DNA of 63,862 bases, the filler included, from Intoshia linei (Eukaryota > Animalia > Orthonectida): assembly GCA_001642005.1 (NCBI GenBank). It is 10 parts of 10 records of this genome, joined end to end, with 100 filler letters (N's around TTAATTAATTAA, not from the genome) between each part and the next. Parts side by side here need not be neighbours in the genome. Positions count along the whole stretch, not along the records: positions 1 to 15,084 come from LWCA01000930.1; positions 15,185 to 29,423 come from LWCA01000971.1; 8 more parts are not named here. One strand, 5' to 3'. Below are positions 12,620 through 24,212 of this stretch, piece after piece. Both the position numbers and the translations under genes were made by a program. Every line of letters begins with the position of its first letter. Position 1 is the first letter of the stretch. The notes beneath the pieces were generated by a model that was given only the letters and a program-made list of their open reading frames with translations, searched no databases and was not told the origin of the DNA.

Positions 12620-14033
12620 CTAAATAAATCCAAAATTATCATGCAATCCAATTTAATCGGGGAAACTGGTTTTTTTCGAAGGTAACAAAGTAGGAAATTT
12701 AAACATTTTCATTTTATGAGGTACTTTAAATTTAATCAAGATTCATCCATTCATATCAACAAAATTTTGGTCAAAAATATACAAAATTTATTCTAGACTC
12801 CATTATGAGTAGAAAATGCAATACCCTTTCTTTAAAGGAATTTTTTCAGCGTCAACCCGACGAATATAGGAAAATTATCAATCTGGCATGTTTCCGTAAA
12901 TGGGTTGACGAGTTCAATTAAATACGAAGTTAAAAGTAAACTAATGACAGCCTATTTATGAAATAAACCTTATTTAGTTTATTTTATCACACATTATGTC
13001 GAAATTATTACTATAGGTTAACGAAAATTATTTAAATTAAAATTAAACCAAAATTTAAAAAAAGTAATATTATTCCTAGGTTTAAAAAAGGGATTGTCAA
13101 CCTGGGCGATATCTTTTGATATTTTAGCAATAATTTTGAGTTAATTTTTTTGATTCGTTTCTATTTCATTTCTGCAAAGTCACATAAAAATACTGTTATT
13201 ATGAGAAAAAGTAAGTCAACTTAACAAGCGAGCAATTTGTTAAAACTCCAATTTTAAAAATTCAGTTAAATATACTGTATCATAAATTATAATAATGCAC
13301 AAAAGTATTAATTTAAACATTTTTCGTTGGTTTTTAATCATTAAGGAACCCATGATAATTTTTTTTTATTTAGGGGCGATAATTCCAAAAAAGGTTGAGA
13401 ATTCCTGGTGTAAAGTTTTAACTGAAGCCAGATTTTCGTCGAAAATAATAAATTTAGATTGCCTCATTATTAAAATAGACAATATTTCAATTTCAACTTG
13501 GTCAGAACAATAAATCTGACTTTATATAATTTTGTAAGACAAAAAAATTCATTTTGTGATAAAATTCCCTAAAATTGAATTTAAGTAGAATAATATTTCT
13601 CTACTTTGAAACTTGATAAAATTAAAAAAATTATCTATTCATTTTAATTTAAATTACTTTTCCGATGGACAAACATCCAGATGAGTATAACCAATATCGT
13701 GGCAGTATTTTTTTTCCGCGCAAAACATTTTATGTAATAACTTTATTGGAATTAAATATAAATGCATGGATGTATAGAAATTAATATAAACTTTTACCAT
13801 AATTAAGAGTTGTAAAATTATTAATAAAAGAAATTGGAATGTAAATTCGTATTAATTATCAAGATAATTCTTACAAATATACAAGTAGTCGCGGATTCTA
13901 AGCGTAAATATCCGAGTTATTTTATTATTACTTTATGTCAACTAATTATACATTTACTCTTTTATTGTAGAAGGATTTGTACTTTTACATTTATTTCACT
14001 AGCACTATTGAGATATAGTACTATACAAACAAA

Positions 14034-14465
14034 ATGAACATGAATCAACACTTTTGGTATGTTTTATTATTGGTGTCACCATTTAGTGCTCAAAAATTAG
14101 TAAAAGATATCATACATGACATTCTCGAATTAAAAAAAACATTGACCCCTCAAGAAGTACAAACATATAAAATACATTACGCTGATCGAAAACTCTACGA
14201 CGGTATATTAGAATCAAGACTAACAATTCTATTGGCAGGAAATATACTCGCACCAGATCAAGTTGACCTCTTGATCACAGAATTGATTCTCGGATATGTA
14301 TCACCTCTTCATATATTATTCTTTAAAAGTTATCCATATTCTCAAATTATGAAGAGTCTCAAGAATGTTAATGATAATAGGAAAAATGTATTGAGAGAAT
14401 TTGAATTTTCCGATCCAGACAAAATCAAAGATTATTGTTACAATTTTCATCAACGAGGTTCATAA
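14034..14465 (+). CDS. Single-exon orphan protein with predicted signal peptide, 143 aa
   Basis: AAAATG start context; hydrophobic N-terminus FWYVLLLVSPFSA; coding-like composition; no family recognised. Confidence 0.6.
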   Translation: MNMNQHFWYVLLLVSPFSAQKLVKDIIHDILELKKTLTPQEVQTYKIHYADRKLYDGILESRLTILLAGNILAPDQVDLLITELILGYVSPLHILFFKSYPYSQIMKSLKNVNDNRKNVLREFEFSDPDKIKDYCYNFHQRGS

Positions 14466-15672
14466 TATATCGTGTCCATTAAAATTTTTCATTATGTTTT
14501 CAGTTTTTATCGAAAATTCATAAAGTTGTAGATACACAAGTACAGTATAATCTGATTCAAAACCGAACCACCGACGATTTTTTATAAAATGGGACTTTAT
14601 TTTTCGAAATTGAGAATTTAACATTATATCGTAGTGTTAGAGTTATAATGAGATGATTTGCAAAAAATTCGTCATTATATAATTTGTATATCAGGACTAG
14701 GGTAAACAGTATCAATTATCATAGCTAAATTGAGAATTTGTTAGCAATATAAAGCATTTTGACTTGTAATCACTGGCTATATTTGTTTAAATGGAATGTT
14801 TAAATTGTATAATTTATGTGAATTTCAATTTAAATTGAATAGGCATAAAATTGAATACAATAGGTGGTAAAATGTTTGGGAAGCTGCTCCTATTTATAAT
14901 GCAACAAATGTAGCAGAATTAAAATATAGCATTTATGGCAATAATAGCAGTCATCTCTGGTTAGTTACAAGTCAATCGTCTAGGTTAATGGCATATCGAG
15001 ATGGATACTGGCAACTTGCTTTTTCCTAGCATATACCATTTTCTAAACTCAGAAACAAGCATTTACAAAAACTATTCAATAACANNNNNNNNNNNNNNNN
15101 NNNNNNNNNNNNNNNNNNNNNNNNNNNNTTAATTAATTAANNNNNNNNNNNNNNNNNNNNNNNNNNNNNNNNNNNNNNNNNNNNTGTCATTTTAAATATC
15201 ACTGTATAAATATTATGAAGAAATTAAAACTGAACTTTTTAACGGAAATCGGCGTTTGAGCTTTTAAACGTGGTACCGCTCTTTCTATCGCTGGTAAAAT
15301 ACGATCTTTTGAACATTAGAACCATGAGAAAAAACTACACCGGATAAAATGTGAGTGTTGACTAATGTTATAAAAGAGTTTCTCGGTATACGAAAATTAT
15401 TGTAATACATTTTTAAATACACTAGAATAACTGACAATTTATTTTAAAACATGTTTTAAGATCGCAGTTATGGGTTTTTCAATCAATTTATTGCGTTAAT
15501 TTTATCCATGGATTATCTAAATTTAAAAATTACCGTGAAGTCATTAAAATCTATATAAAATAACTAGTTTGACTGATTTATACTACCTACAAACAGCTAG
15601 CTCTGCCGAAAACGCACTTTTCTAATTTTACCTCCAAAAAATTAAATTAAATCTTAAATAAACATCTAAATA

Positions 15673-16610
15673 CAGTAGAACCGGCTTATATTGGGACAAA
15701 GCAGTTTTGATCGCTATAAGACTTATAGCATAAGCGGCTTTTGAAATGTAGATAACTTTATTTGGTTAAATATTCGATGAAAGTTATGGATACGAAATAT
15801 TACATAAAAATACTTGAATAACAAATATTTGGACTAGAAATAATCATCAATTTTAGATTGTATTTTATTTTTATGTAATAATTCTTGAATGAAGCGATCA
15901 TACTTGTAATGCTTTTCAAAGCTTTTAGATCTTTGTACACCTCGACGTAGTACATTCAAGGTTTCTTGTAACTTACGATTGGTTACTGGTGTCTCTAAAA
16001 ATAAAAATATACTTCAAAAATAATAAAATTTTAGATGTAAAATATCTGTATCATTTTCAGTTTTATTCTCTAACGAATCACCTTTGTCAATGTTTACCTG
16101 GCACACGTCCAAAAAATTAATATCAGAGATAATTTGTATATTTGCATTTATTATCCACCCACTGTTGAAATTTCCTATCATATAGTTCACTGTCATTGTT
16201 ATCATCTATTTGAGATGGTAGATTTATGGTATCTATTTTATTGAATTCTCCTTTTTTAAAGCAATTTTGTATTGTCTATATAGACATTGCATCTTAGAAC
16301 TTGCTGCCATGTACACTGCAGTAAGAACCGATATTTTTTTAGCAAGTACATTTGCTTATACATATCACAATTATCAAGTTGTGTTATTATTTGAGCTCTG
16401 ATTTCTTTTCGGTAATATGACTTAAAGATTCGTATTATGCCCTGGTCACACTGCTGAATAATAGACGTTGTATTTGCCGGTAAAACATTATTTTGATATG
16501 ATTTAATTGACCAATGTTTTTGTGAGCCGTGCAATTGTCAAGTAATAACAGAATTTTATGATCCAAAGATAAATCCCATTTAATCAGTTAATCTGTGAAT
16601 ATAGAGTTAG
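15673..16610 (-). mobile_element. Tigger/pogo (DDE_1) transposon remnant
   Basis: LPANTTSIIQQCDQGIIRIFKSYYRK matches the DDE_1 motif LPPNTTS..QP.DQGII..FK. Terminus TA|CAGTAGAACC at 15671-15682; frame disrupted. Confidence 0.85.
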
Positions 16611-18695
16611 TCTTATATATAGATTATTATATACTTAGATATAGATATAGAGTTAGATATAGATTGTGTTCATAGTCAAAAGTTATTCCACTTTCATAAT
16701 TCTAAATAATTAAACGACAACTTACTTATTCATTAACATTTATTTATTATTTATGTAAATTAAATTCTCGTGTTAAAAATGAATTTTAATTATAAAAATC
16801 TAAATAATTTTGTACAATATACGGCGCATAAATTAAAAAAGTCACAAAATATCACATGGATACCAATAAGCATTTAATTACATAGTTGTATAATTTGACG
16901 TCACGAAAAATATTGGCGTATTGTGTTATTCGTGTTTTACATGTTATTCAACATTGATGAAAAATAAGCAAAGGACTGTTGAGAAATTGCAAGCCATGTT
17001 GGGGTCCTTTTTTCTTGCTATATTCATGATACTGTTTTATATTATATATTTAATATAATCTATAATTATAGAAATTGAAAACTCTAAGGTTTGTGAGGTA
17101 TCGATTGTTGTGAAAATTAAATTTTTAATTTAAATTAAGCAAGATATAGCATGAAACACGATATGGATGAGATATAATATATTTTAAAATGGTCAAGTTG
17201 ATCTCTAAAAAATCTTATTATTAACATAGAAAAGAAATATAGCTTATTTATTTTTTTTAAATGTTGGCAATATTATTCCAATAAAATAATGATTGGGTTT
17301 GGATACATGGATTATGTTAATTTCTGATAAAAACTGATGAGCATTTTTTAAGTTCATATAAGTTGTTAAATGCATCATAGCGTACATATTATTCTTGGAA
17401 TTTTAATGAGAAAATTATTAAGTTATAATATAAGTTATCAAAAAAATTATTTTGCTTACTATCAAGTCGTCCTAAATGGTAACATGGTGTTGTCCACCAT
17501 TGTCTTCTAGAATAAATAGGATTACATAAATAATGATTTACGGCGAATAGATCTACATGCAGATCTATTTAATCTTCATAACTTGTAAATCATTTAGGAA
17601 ACATTCATTTTGATGCAGTAATAGAAAATTTAATATTACAACCTCTTGAAGAATAGTACTTCGAGAGACCGAAAAATTACTTTTATAGTCTTTTAAAATT
17701 TGATAAAAAAAATGTGTTCATAAATAACCCACAAAAATTTGGTCCAATATGTTTTGTTCGTTTTAAGACATTGTAAGTAGTTTTTTAAGCTCTCATTAAT
17801 ATTAACAACCATTTTGACTGTTATGTACTTAACACAAACAGCACCTAGCTCTACTGAAAGTGGGTCTTTTAATTCTACCGAATATCTATTCAAAAAAATA
17901 AATTAATAAACTATACAATACGACTAGTTGTAGTATTGTTTCAATTATATTTTTATATAATTTCGCTCAACGTCATGTATACACAGTGTGTCAATTTATT
18001 AGGCAGATCACTAAAATTGATCTAATAAACTTTAGGAATGATGAAAACTTAATTTTTATTTTGTAATTAGGTGGATTTTAATTGATGTTAATATTATTCA
18101 TTAAATAAACTAAATGTAATTTGTAAAAAATTTTTTTATTCACATATTATTGTATATTTACTTGAATTAGTGTCAATTGGTTAGACAAATCTAACAAATA
18201 TTGATAAATGAAAAGGAATATAACATTTATGTATACTAATATAATATAAATCATTTATACTCATTTTCTCTAGTAAATTAAATACATGAGATCACAAAAT
18301 TGTTTTTAAAAGTATTTACATAAATTCCAACGAAATAAAATAAAGTGGGAATAATTCACTTTAAATTAAGAGGTAATGTGAAATTCAAATTTGGGAACCA
18401 CTCATTTAAAGGATTGATGATAGTGAGTAGCATTTTTAAACAAAATTTATTATTTAATTTATTTTTTTTGTAGAATTAAAAAAATTCGCCCTTGGCAGAG
18501 CTAGGATGCTGCTTGTACGAAATAATTAACAGTTAAGCCCGTATTCTAATAAAATTAACATGGGTATTTTAGAAAAATTTAGGAAATTTTGTAATATCTC
18601 TATGATATTTGTTTATATATTCACATTTAAAATTAAATATAATTGTTATACAGTAATGTTTCGATTATGTTTAAATTATTATTACAAAAATTGTA

Positions 18696-19849
18696 TTAAA
18701 AAATTTGACAAGTAGTTGTGTTTAGCATTTGAGATTCTTCATTTGATTCTGTATTTTTTTTGTCACATTCATCCAAATAATTTTTTTCAAAATATAATTG
18801 TTTTGTCAACATAGACATGATGCAAGGTATTTGTTTTTTTCCACTCATAAACGGATCTCGACTTTTAGACTCAAATTCCCTAGCAACATAGTAATTTGCC
18901 ATTGTTAATATTTGCATAATTTCACATTTTCCATAATTGGCCATGGCCTTGTTAATAGCTTGAACAAACCAGGAACCTTTCATACTATTCCGCCAAGAGT
19001 AAAAACCGGGAACAACAGAATAGTAAATTAGCATGTCACTCATGCGCGGTAATTTAAACGGTTTTTCTGGGCCATCTATACATTCAACACCTTCATCAAA
19101 TTTATCACCACGACACGCCTAAAATAAAATCTTTTTAATCAAATAAACAAAAATTCAAAATTACTTGTATAAAAAATAATTTTGGTTTTCCAATTAGTGT
19201 TTGGCAATTTTTCCCGTTGTAAAATTGAATTAAAGCATTTACATCCATCATTCCGTCGCTCCCGTATATATAACCGTTTATGCCATGACTTAATATTACC
19301 AATATAAAGCAATCATTATTAGAGTGGTCCATTTTTGAAACTGGTAATTTTGTAGCTAATTAATTAAAATGTACCTTTTTTGAGGCAATCTATAGTATTT
19401 TGACATTGGTAATTATTTTTCACTATAATTGAAAAATTTAATTTTTCAAAAATTGTTATCAAATTTTCTTGATCAATTTGGGTTCCAGAACGCTCAGATA
19501 AATCTATACATTTTTATTTTATTTTGGTTAAATTAAAATTACATTTACCTAAATGTTTTTCGAAAAACTGATTATTTATTATTATTGCAACGCCGCGTGA
19601 ATGGTTTGTCATAGTGTAATGGGGCAATATATCAGATGATGAACCGTTTATTGGATCAATTTGTTTATGCGTAAATTGTTTCTTTATATCCCGTTTCATA
19701 TTTTCTAACTTTCTAAAATTTGAAGACTGTCAATTTTTATTGTTTTTTTACTCTATTTTTATCTGCTCTTTATGGAAGTATTTTGTATATATTTTGTCAG
19801 ATTCATCGAAATTTTTTTCATTACTATCTAATTTAAACCCATTTCTCAT
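18696..19849 (-). CDS. Effector caspase (caspase-3/7-like), 5 exons, short prodomain
   Basis: RGVAIIINN, R.GT..D, catalytic LSHG, KPKLFFIQ|ACRG (QACRG split by a GT-AG intron near 19119-19164), SWRN..GSWFVQ, KQIPCIMSMLTK. ATG at 19849; no CARD or DED. Confidence 0.93.
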
Positions 19850-20500
19850 TTTTCAAATATTTTTATTGTTCAATAAACTTTACAAATATTGATGCTATTC
19901 ATTCTTTAGTGACGGAATTTAAAGAATAGATTGAAAAGGCTAAAAATACTTTTGTGGTAATACGGCACATGATGAGTATATTATTTTTAATGGTTTTGGT
20001 ATATTCATTTTTTAGAAATGCGGTTTATTTAATTGATCAAAATTTAAACAAAAAATTATATTTGGAAAATAATAATATATTTCTGTGTGTAGATTTGATG
20101 TTTTGCATAGTATTTGGAATTTTAAAAAAATTTAAGTTATCAAAAAAATAATGTTTATTTATACTCATGATTTATTTGTAATTTTAACAGAATTCGTTAG
20201 AGGTGTTATAGTTTCATTTAATTCTTCCAAGTAGATTGATATCACCGATCCAAAACATACAAATTTAGCCAATAATGACGACATCTAAATAACATATTAC
20301 GGTATACTTTATGACATACAGTGCATGCCACAGATATCTTTATTTTTGGTCTCACATTGACACACTGCCATATTTATAATTTTTAACATTTCTAAATTAT
20401 CGCATATTTTATCTTATTTCTATCTTTGCCAATATGTTAGTGTTGACGCAGTTACCCTATATTTTTTTCGTTCAAATTTAAAAATGTTAAAAAGTTAGTA

Positions 20501-21159
20501 TCCTTACTTATATAATATACTATGAAATATTTGTTTATATGTGTGTTACCGTTTATTTCAATAACTACCGGTCTTATAATTTTATAAAGTCCACATTTCA
20601 ATTACAGTTTTTTCCGGGGGTGTTAGCAAAATAAATTTCAACCTCTCAAACTCACATCTTACGTGTCAAAAAGACCAATTGTCCTTTTTTTGAAAAAAGT
20701 CCTAGAATTTGGAAAAATTTACAGGTGGTACAGTTGTATCATGTTAACACAAACAAAAAATTTTAATCTGAATAAGTGACGCATTAACAATCAAAAAATT
20801 ATTTTAGTATTCATATATTTTTTTTCCGAAATATTTTATTAAAACAAAAAATGTGACATAATTAACGGTCTGAAAATTAAAAAAAAGATTATTCTGATAG
20901 AGCTTATTCCAGTTAATATAAATACAAAATTTCAACCTCAGAAATCTACACATTCCCGGTGAAAAATAATTTTTAATATATTTTTCAAATATTTCGATTA
21001 AAATAAAAATTTAAATTATAAATATAGATCCTACAATTTTAAAAAAAATGTGTATTAAACGTCTACACATTTCCAATAAATAAATATTTGTAAAAATCTA
21101 TATAATTCATTCATTCGCAATTTTTAAATTTCAAATTCTCATTTTATCAGTCAACCTAG
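20501..21159 (+). mobile_element. Non-autonomous Helitron, internally deleted, both termini present
   Basis: A|TCCTTACTTATATAAT ... CAGTCAACCTAG|T. Confidence 0.88.
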
Positions 21160-21722
21160 TATTATATATTAAATGTAACATTAAATGTAAAAAATTTCAA
21201 AAAACTCTACAACGTAAAATAAAATATTATATATTTTATAATAATTTTAAAATGTTTTATATTCAACCATTTTTTTTAATTTTAGAGCATGCTTATATAT
21301 GTACCATGTAGATAAAACAATCAAAATTGGTTTAGTTTTGTGTATGTAAAAGGCATATTAGTTAGCACAAATAATCAGATTATGGAAAAATAAAAAATTC
21401 AAAAGTTTCCATAAAAAATAAACCTTCGTCGAATAGTTAAAATGCTAAATTGTGCGATAATATTCGGGATACTCTCTTAGAATCACCAATGATTACAATA
21501 CTGAAATATACTTTTCGATCTTTTAAAAAAATTGTCTTTTTGGGACACCCTAATATATATCGATTAAAAACAAATTAGAATTAACCCATTGATTAGTTTG
21601 TAAATCTGCTATTACCTTATAATAGTATATATCATATCCGTACATAATTATATACATTATACATACATATATTAATTATATCTCTTAATAAAGGAAAGAT
21701 TTCATTTTTTAAGAGTATACTT

Positions 21723-22037
21723 TTAATCTTCGTACCCCCTAATAATATCATCCACCTGGATGATTCTTCTTTCAATTATTTTCTCAAATATTCCAAAAAT
21801 GTTTATTTTCAGTTTTGATACAATGGGTGATGTTTATTCAAAAAATAATATCAAATCATTAAAATCTGAAGTTAATACATGCAATATACATTGTATATTG
21901 ATGAAATCGTTATTTTCACGAATTGCAAAATAATTTAATATTCCCGCATCATATTCAATTTCGTTGTTATAATTTATCATGATTGTGTTAATATGGCACA
22001 AAATTACAGTAATCGTTAATATTAAAACCTTACCCAT
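21723..22037 (-). pseudogene. Possible small secreted-protein gene or pseudogene with one in-frame stop
   Basis: MGKVLILTITVILCHINT is signal-peptide-like; the frame stays open for about 36 codons past the TAA at 21834-21836. Confidence 0.3.
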
Positions 22038-22380
22038 TTTAAAATGTATATAAAATACTAACATGCACATGTTAATATTTACTATTGCTGTTTTATAAAA
22101 TCATATAAAGTTTTTAATTGAATGTGTAGTCCACGTCATTTACTTATATTAAAGTTACAGTATAGTGCAAAAAAATTATAAAAACACTGTATCTTAATAT
22201 CATTTAGTTGTACAACCTTTGCATTATTATTTATCCTGTTCTATCACGAACAAATTGCCTCTACATTTGAAACAGCAAATTTTGACGGATTTATTACTTT
22301 GACTTAATGAGGTATAAAAAATTTATTTTACATTATTTAAAGTGTTTAAAACACATAACATGTTTATGGGTTTGTCCTTT

Positions 22381-22460
22381 GAACTGCCTACTAGTGCCGA
22401 ACCTACCGTACCCGAGACCGCTCTTCGGGGCTAGACAAATTTTTTGTATAATGGGGTATC
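22381..22460 (-). ncRNA. Candidate small structured RNA (U7-type Sm site plus 3' hairpin)
   Basis: Isolated GC-rich island; minus strand reads AATTTGTCTAG immediately followed by hairpin CCCGA-agagcggtc-TCGGG. Lacks the usual CUCUUU 5' element. Confidence 0.3.
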
Positions 22461-22921
22461 ATTTTTCCAAATTGAGCATTAACAAAAATGATATCTATAT
22501 TATGTCTATTTTTTAATTTGTTAAGTAAACGATAAAATATTAAATTAAACGCTATAAATAAATTCGAGTGGTAAATGAACTTATATTTGATGTAAAGAAT
22601 TTATAAAATTTACCTTTGAATGAAATTACGTTAATCTACTACTACTAAGGACTACGTTAATTGCATACTAGCTGACTATACACTTATTTTTGATAACAAG
22701 AATGACTTAACACTAAGAATGAACTCCTACCCGCAGAATTATTTGCAGAGAAATGAATAAATCTCTGACGGATTTGAAAAGAAATTAAAACTAAAAATTT
22801 TAATATAAATATTAATACAAACTGTATAATATACAGTGTATATATGTAGTACATATTATGTATTGTAGTTTAAATCTTCCATTAAATTATAATAAAAGGG
22901 ATGCAAAAGATTTAATAAATT

Positions 22922-23811
22922 TTAAGGTATTCCAGGTGGAGCTGCAACCTCATTAACTTTGTATGATTCCGAATTGAATGGCCTGATGAATATTAAGACG
23001 ATTGTTGCTAAAGTTGACACCACAACACTTAATCCAAAAACCTTAAAAAATATATAAGTAAAATAAATTTTTTACCCCTGCTCCAATGGAATTATGTCCT
23101 GCTTTAAATTGTATTGCAACATCAATCGTGACAAAAAAAAATATTAATGTATTGCAAATTAAATCCTAAATTTATCATTTAAGCATATGTTAAAATATTT
23201 AATTGTGAATATTACCATATATTTTCGCATATCTGCTGGACCAGGAAGTGAAACACCTTTGTAATATATATACACCACAACTAGAGAAAGACATATCGTT
23301 AACAATGAGTTGAATAATCCGAATCCAAATGCTTCAGACGTAACACAAGATCCAATGAAATACAATGCACCGCATACCTTTATAAATACAGTTTATTCAT
23401 TGAAATTTACTTTAAATTAATTCAATTATATAACTAAATGTTGATGAGCGACACATGAGGATTAGGAAAATATAAATTTTTTAAAATTTATAATTTCCAG
23501 GATTATTTTTTTTGGTATTGATTAAAAAATAAACCAATATATCGAATCATGATGTTCATCATTTATCTCATAAGACTTGTGTGATCAATAAAAATATCAC
23601 TAGTAAATTAAGTTAAAATGATTAAAAATACAGGTCATTAGTCGGTAATGTTGTAGGTTAATATTTGTTCAAGTGTAGCATGCGGTCTGCGAACCGCGTC
23701 CATTATACACAAGTCAATCAATTAATGATTTTTATAATTTAATCAAATTTAAATTACTATTTTTGCAGTATTAGATATAAAAGAAGGACTTTTTGGTATG
23801 TAATCATTCAT
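22922..23811 (-). CDS. CKLF/CMTM-like MARVEL-domain four-transmembrane protein, 4 exons
   Basis: Phase-0 spliced product MNDYIPKSPSFISNTAKI|VCGALYFIGSCV...RKYM|DLICNTLIFFFVTIDVAIQFKAGHNSIGAG|VFGLSVVVSTLATIVLIF. Four hydrophobic helices; conserved D and AGVFG of MARVEL proteins. Confidence 0.7.
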
Positions 23812-24212
23812 TGTAATATAAATTGTAATTTTTTTGTTTGTTTATGAAATTAAATATAACTTGATATAGACAAAACACCTGCACCCATTTTATTTATTTA
23901 ATATTCAAATATTAACTAAATTATTTATTACTGTTAAAACTTTCACTGAAAACTTTGATAAAATTGAAATGTTACTACCATTCAAAGAATATTATTTTTT
24001 CAAATTAACAATACTGATATTTGGTATGTAAATAAATCTAGTAACCAAGCAACCTGGTCCATATCCTCATTTAATTCTAAACGCCCACTAATATCATAAC
24101 CATAAAAATTTCAAATGTATTCAATAAATAATTCTGCAGAATTAATCACCAAACTCTTTGATTAATGCCCAGATTAAAAATTCGCCGGCACTTTCGGTGT
24201 CACTGATTTATA

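Noticed and set aside
15085-15184. TTAATTAATTAA palindrome centred in N runs (nine occurrences)
   Set aside because: Artificial six-frame-stop scaffolding spacer, not biological.
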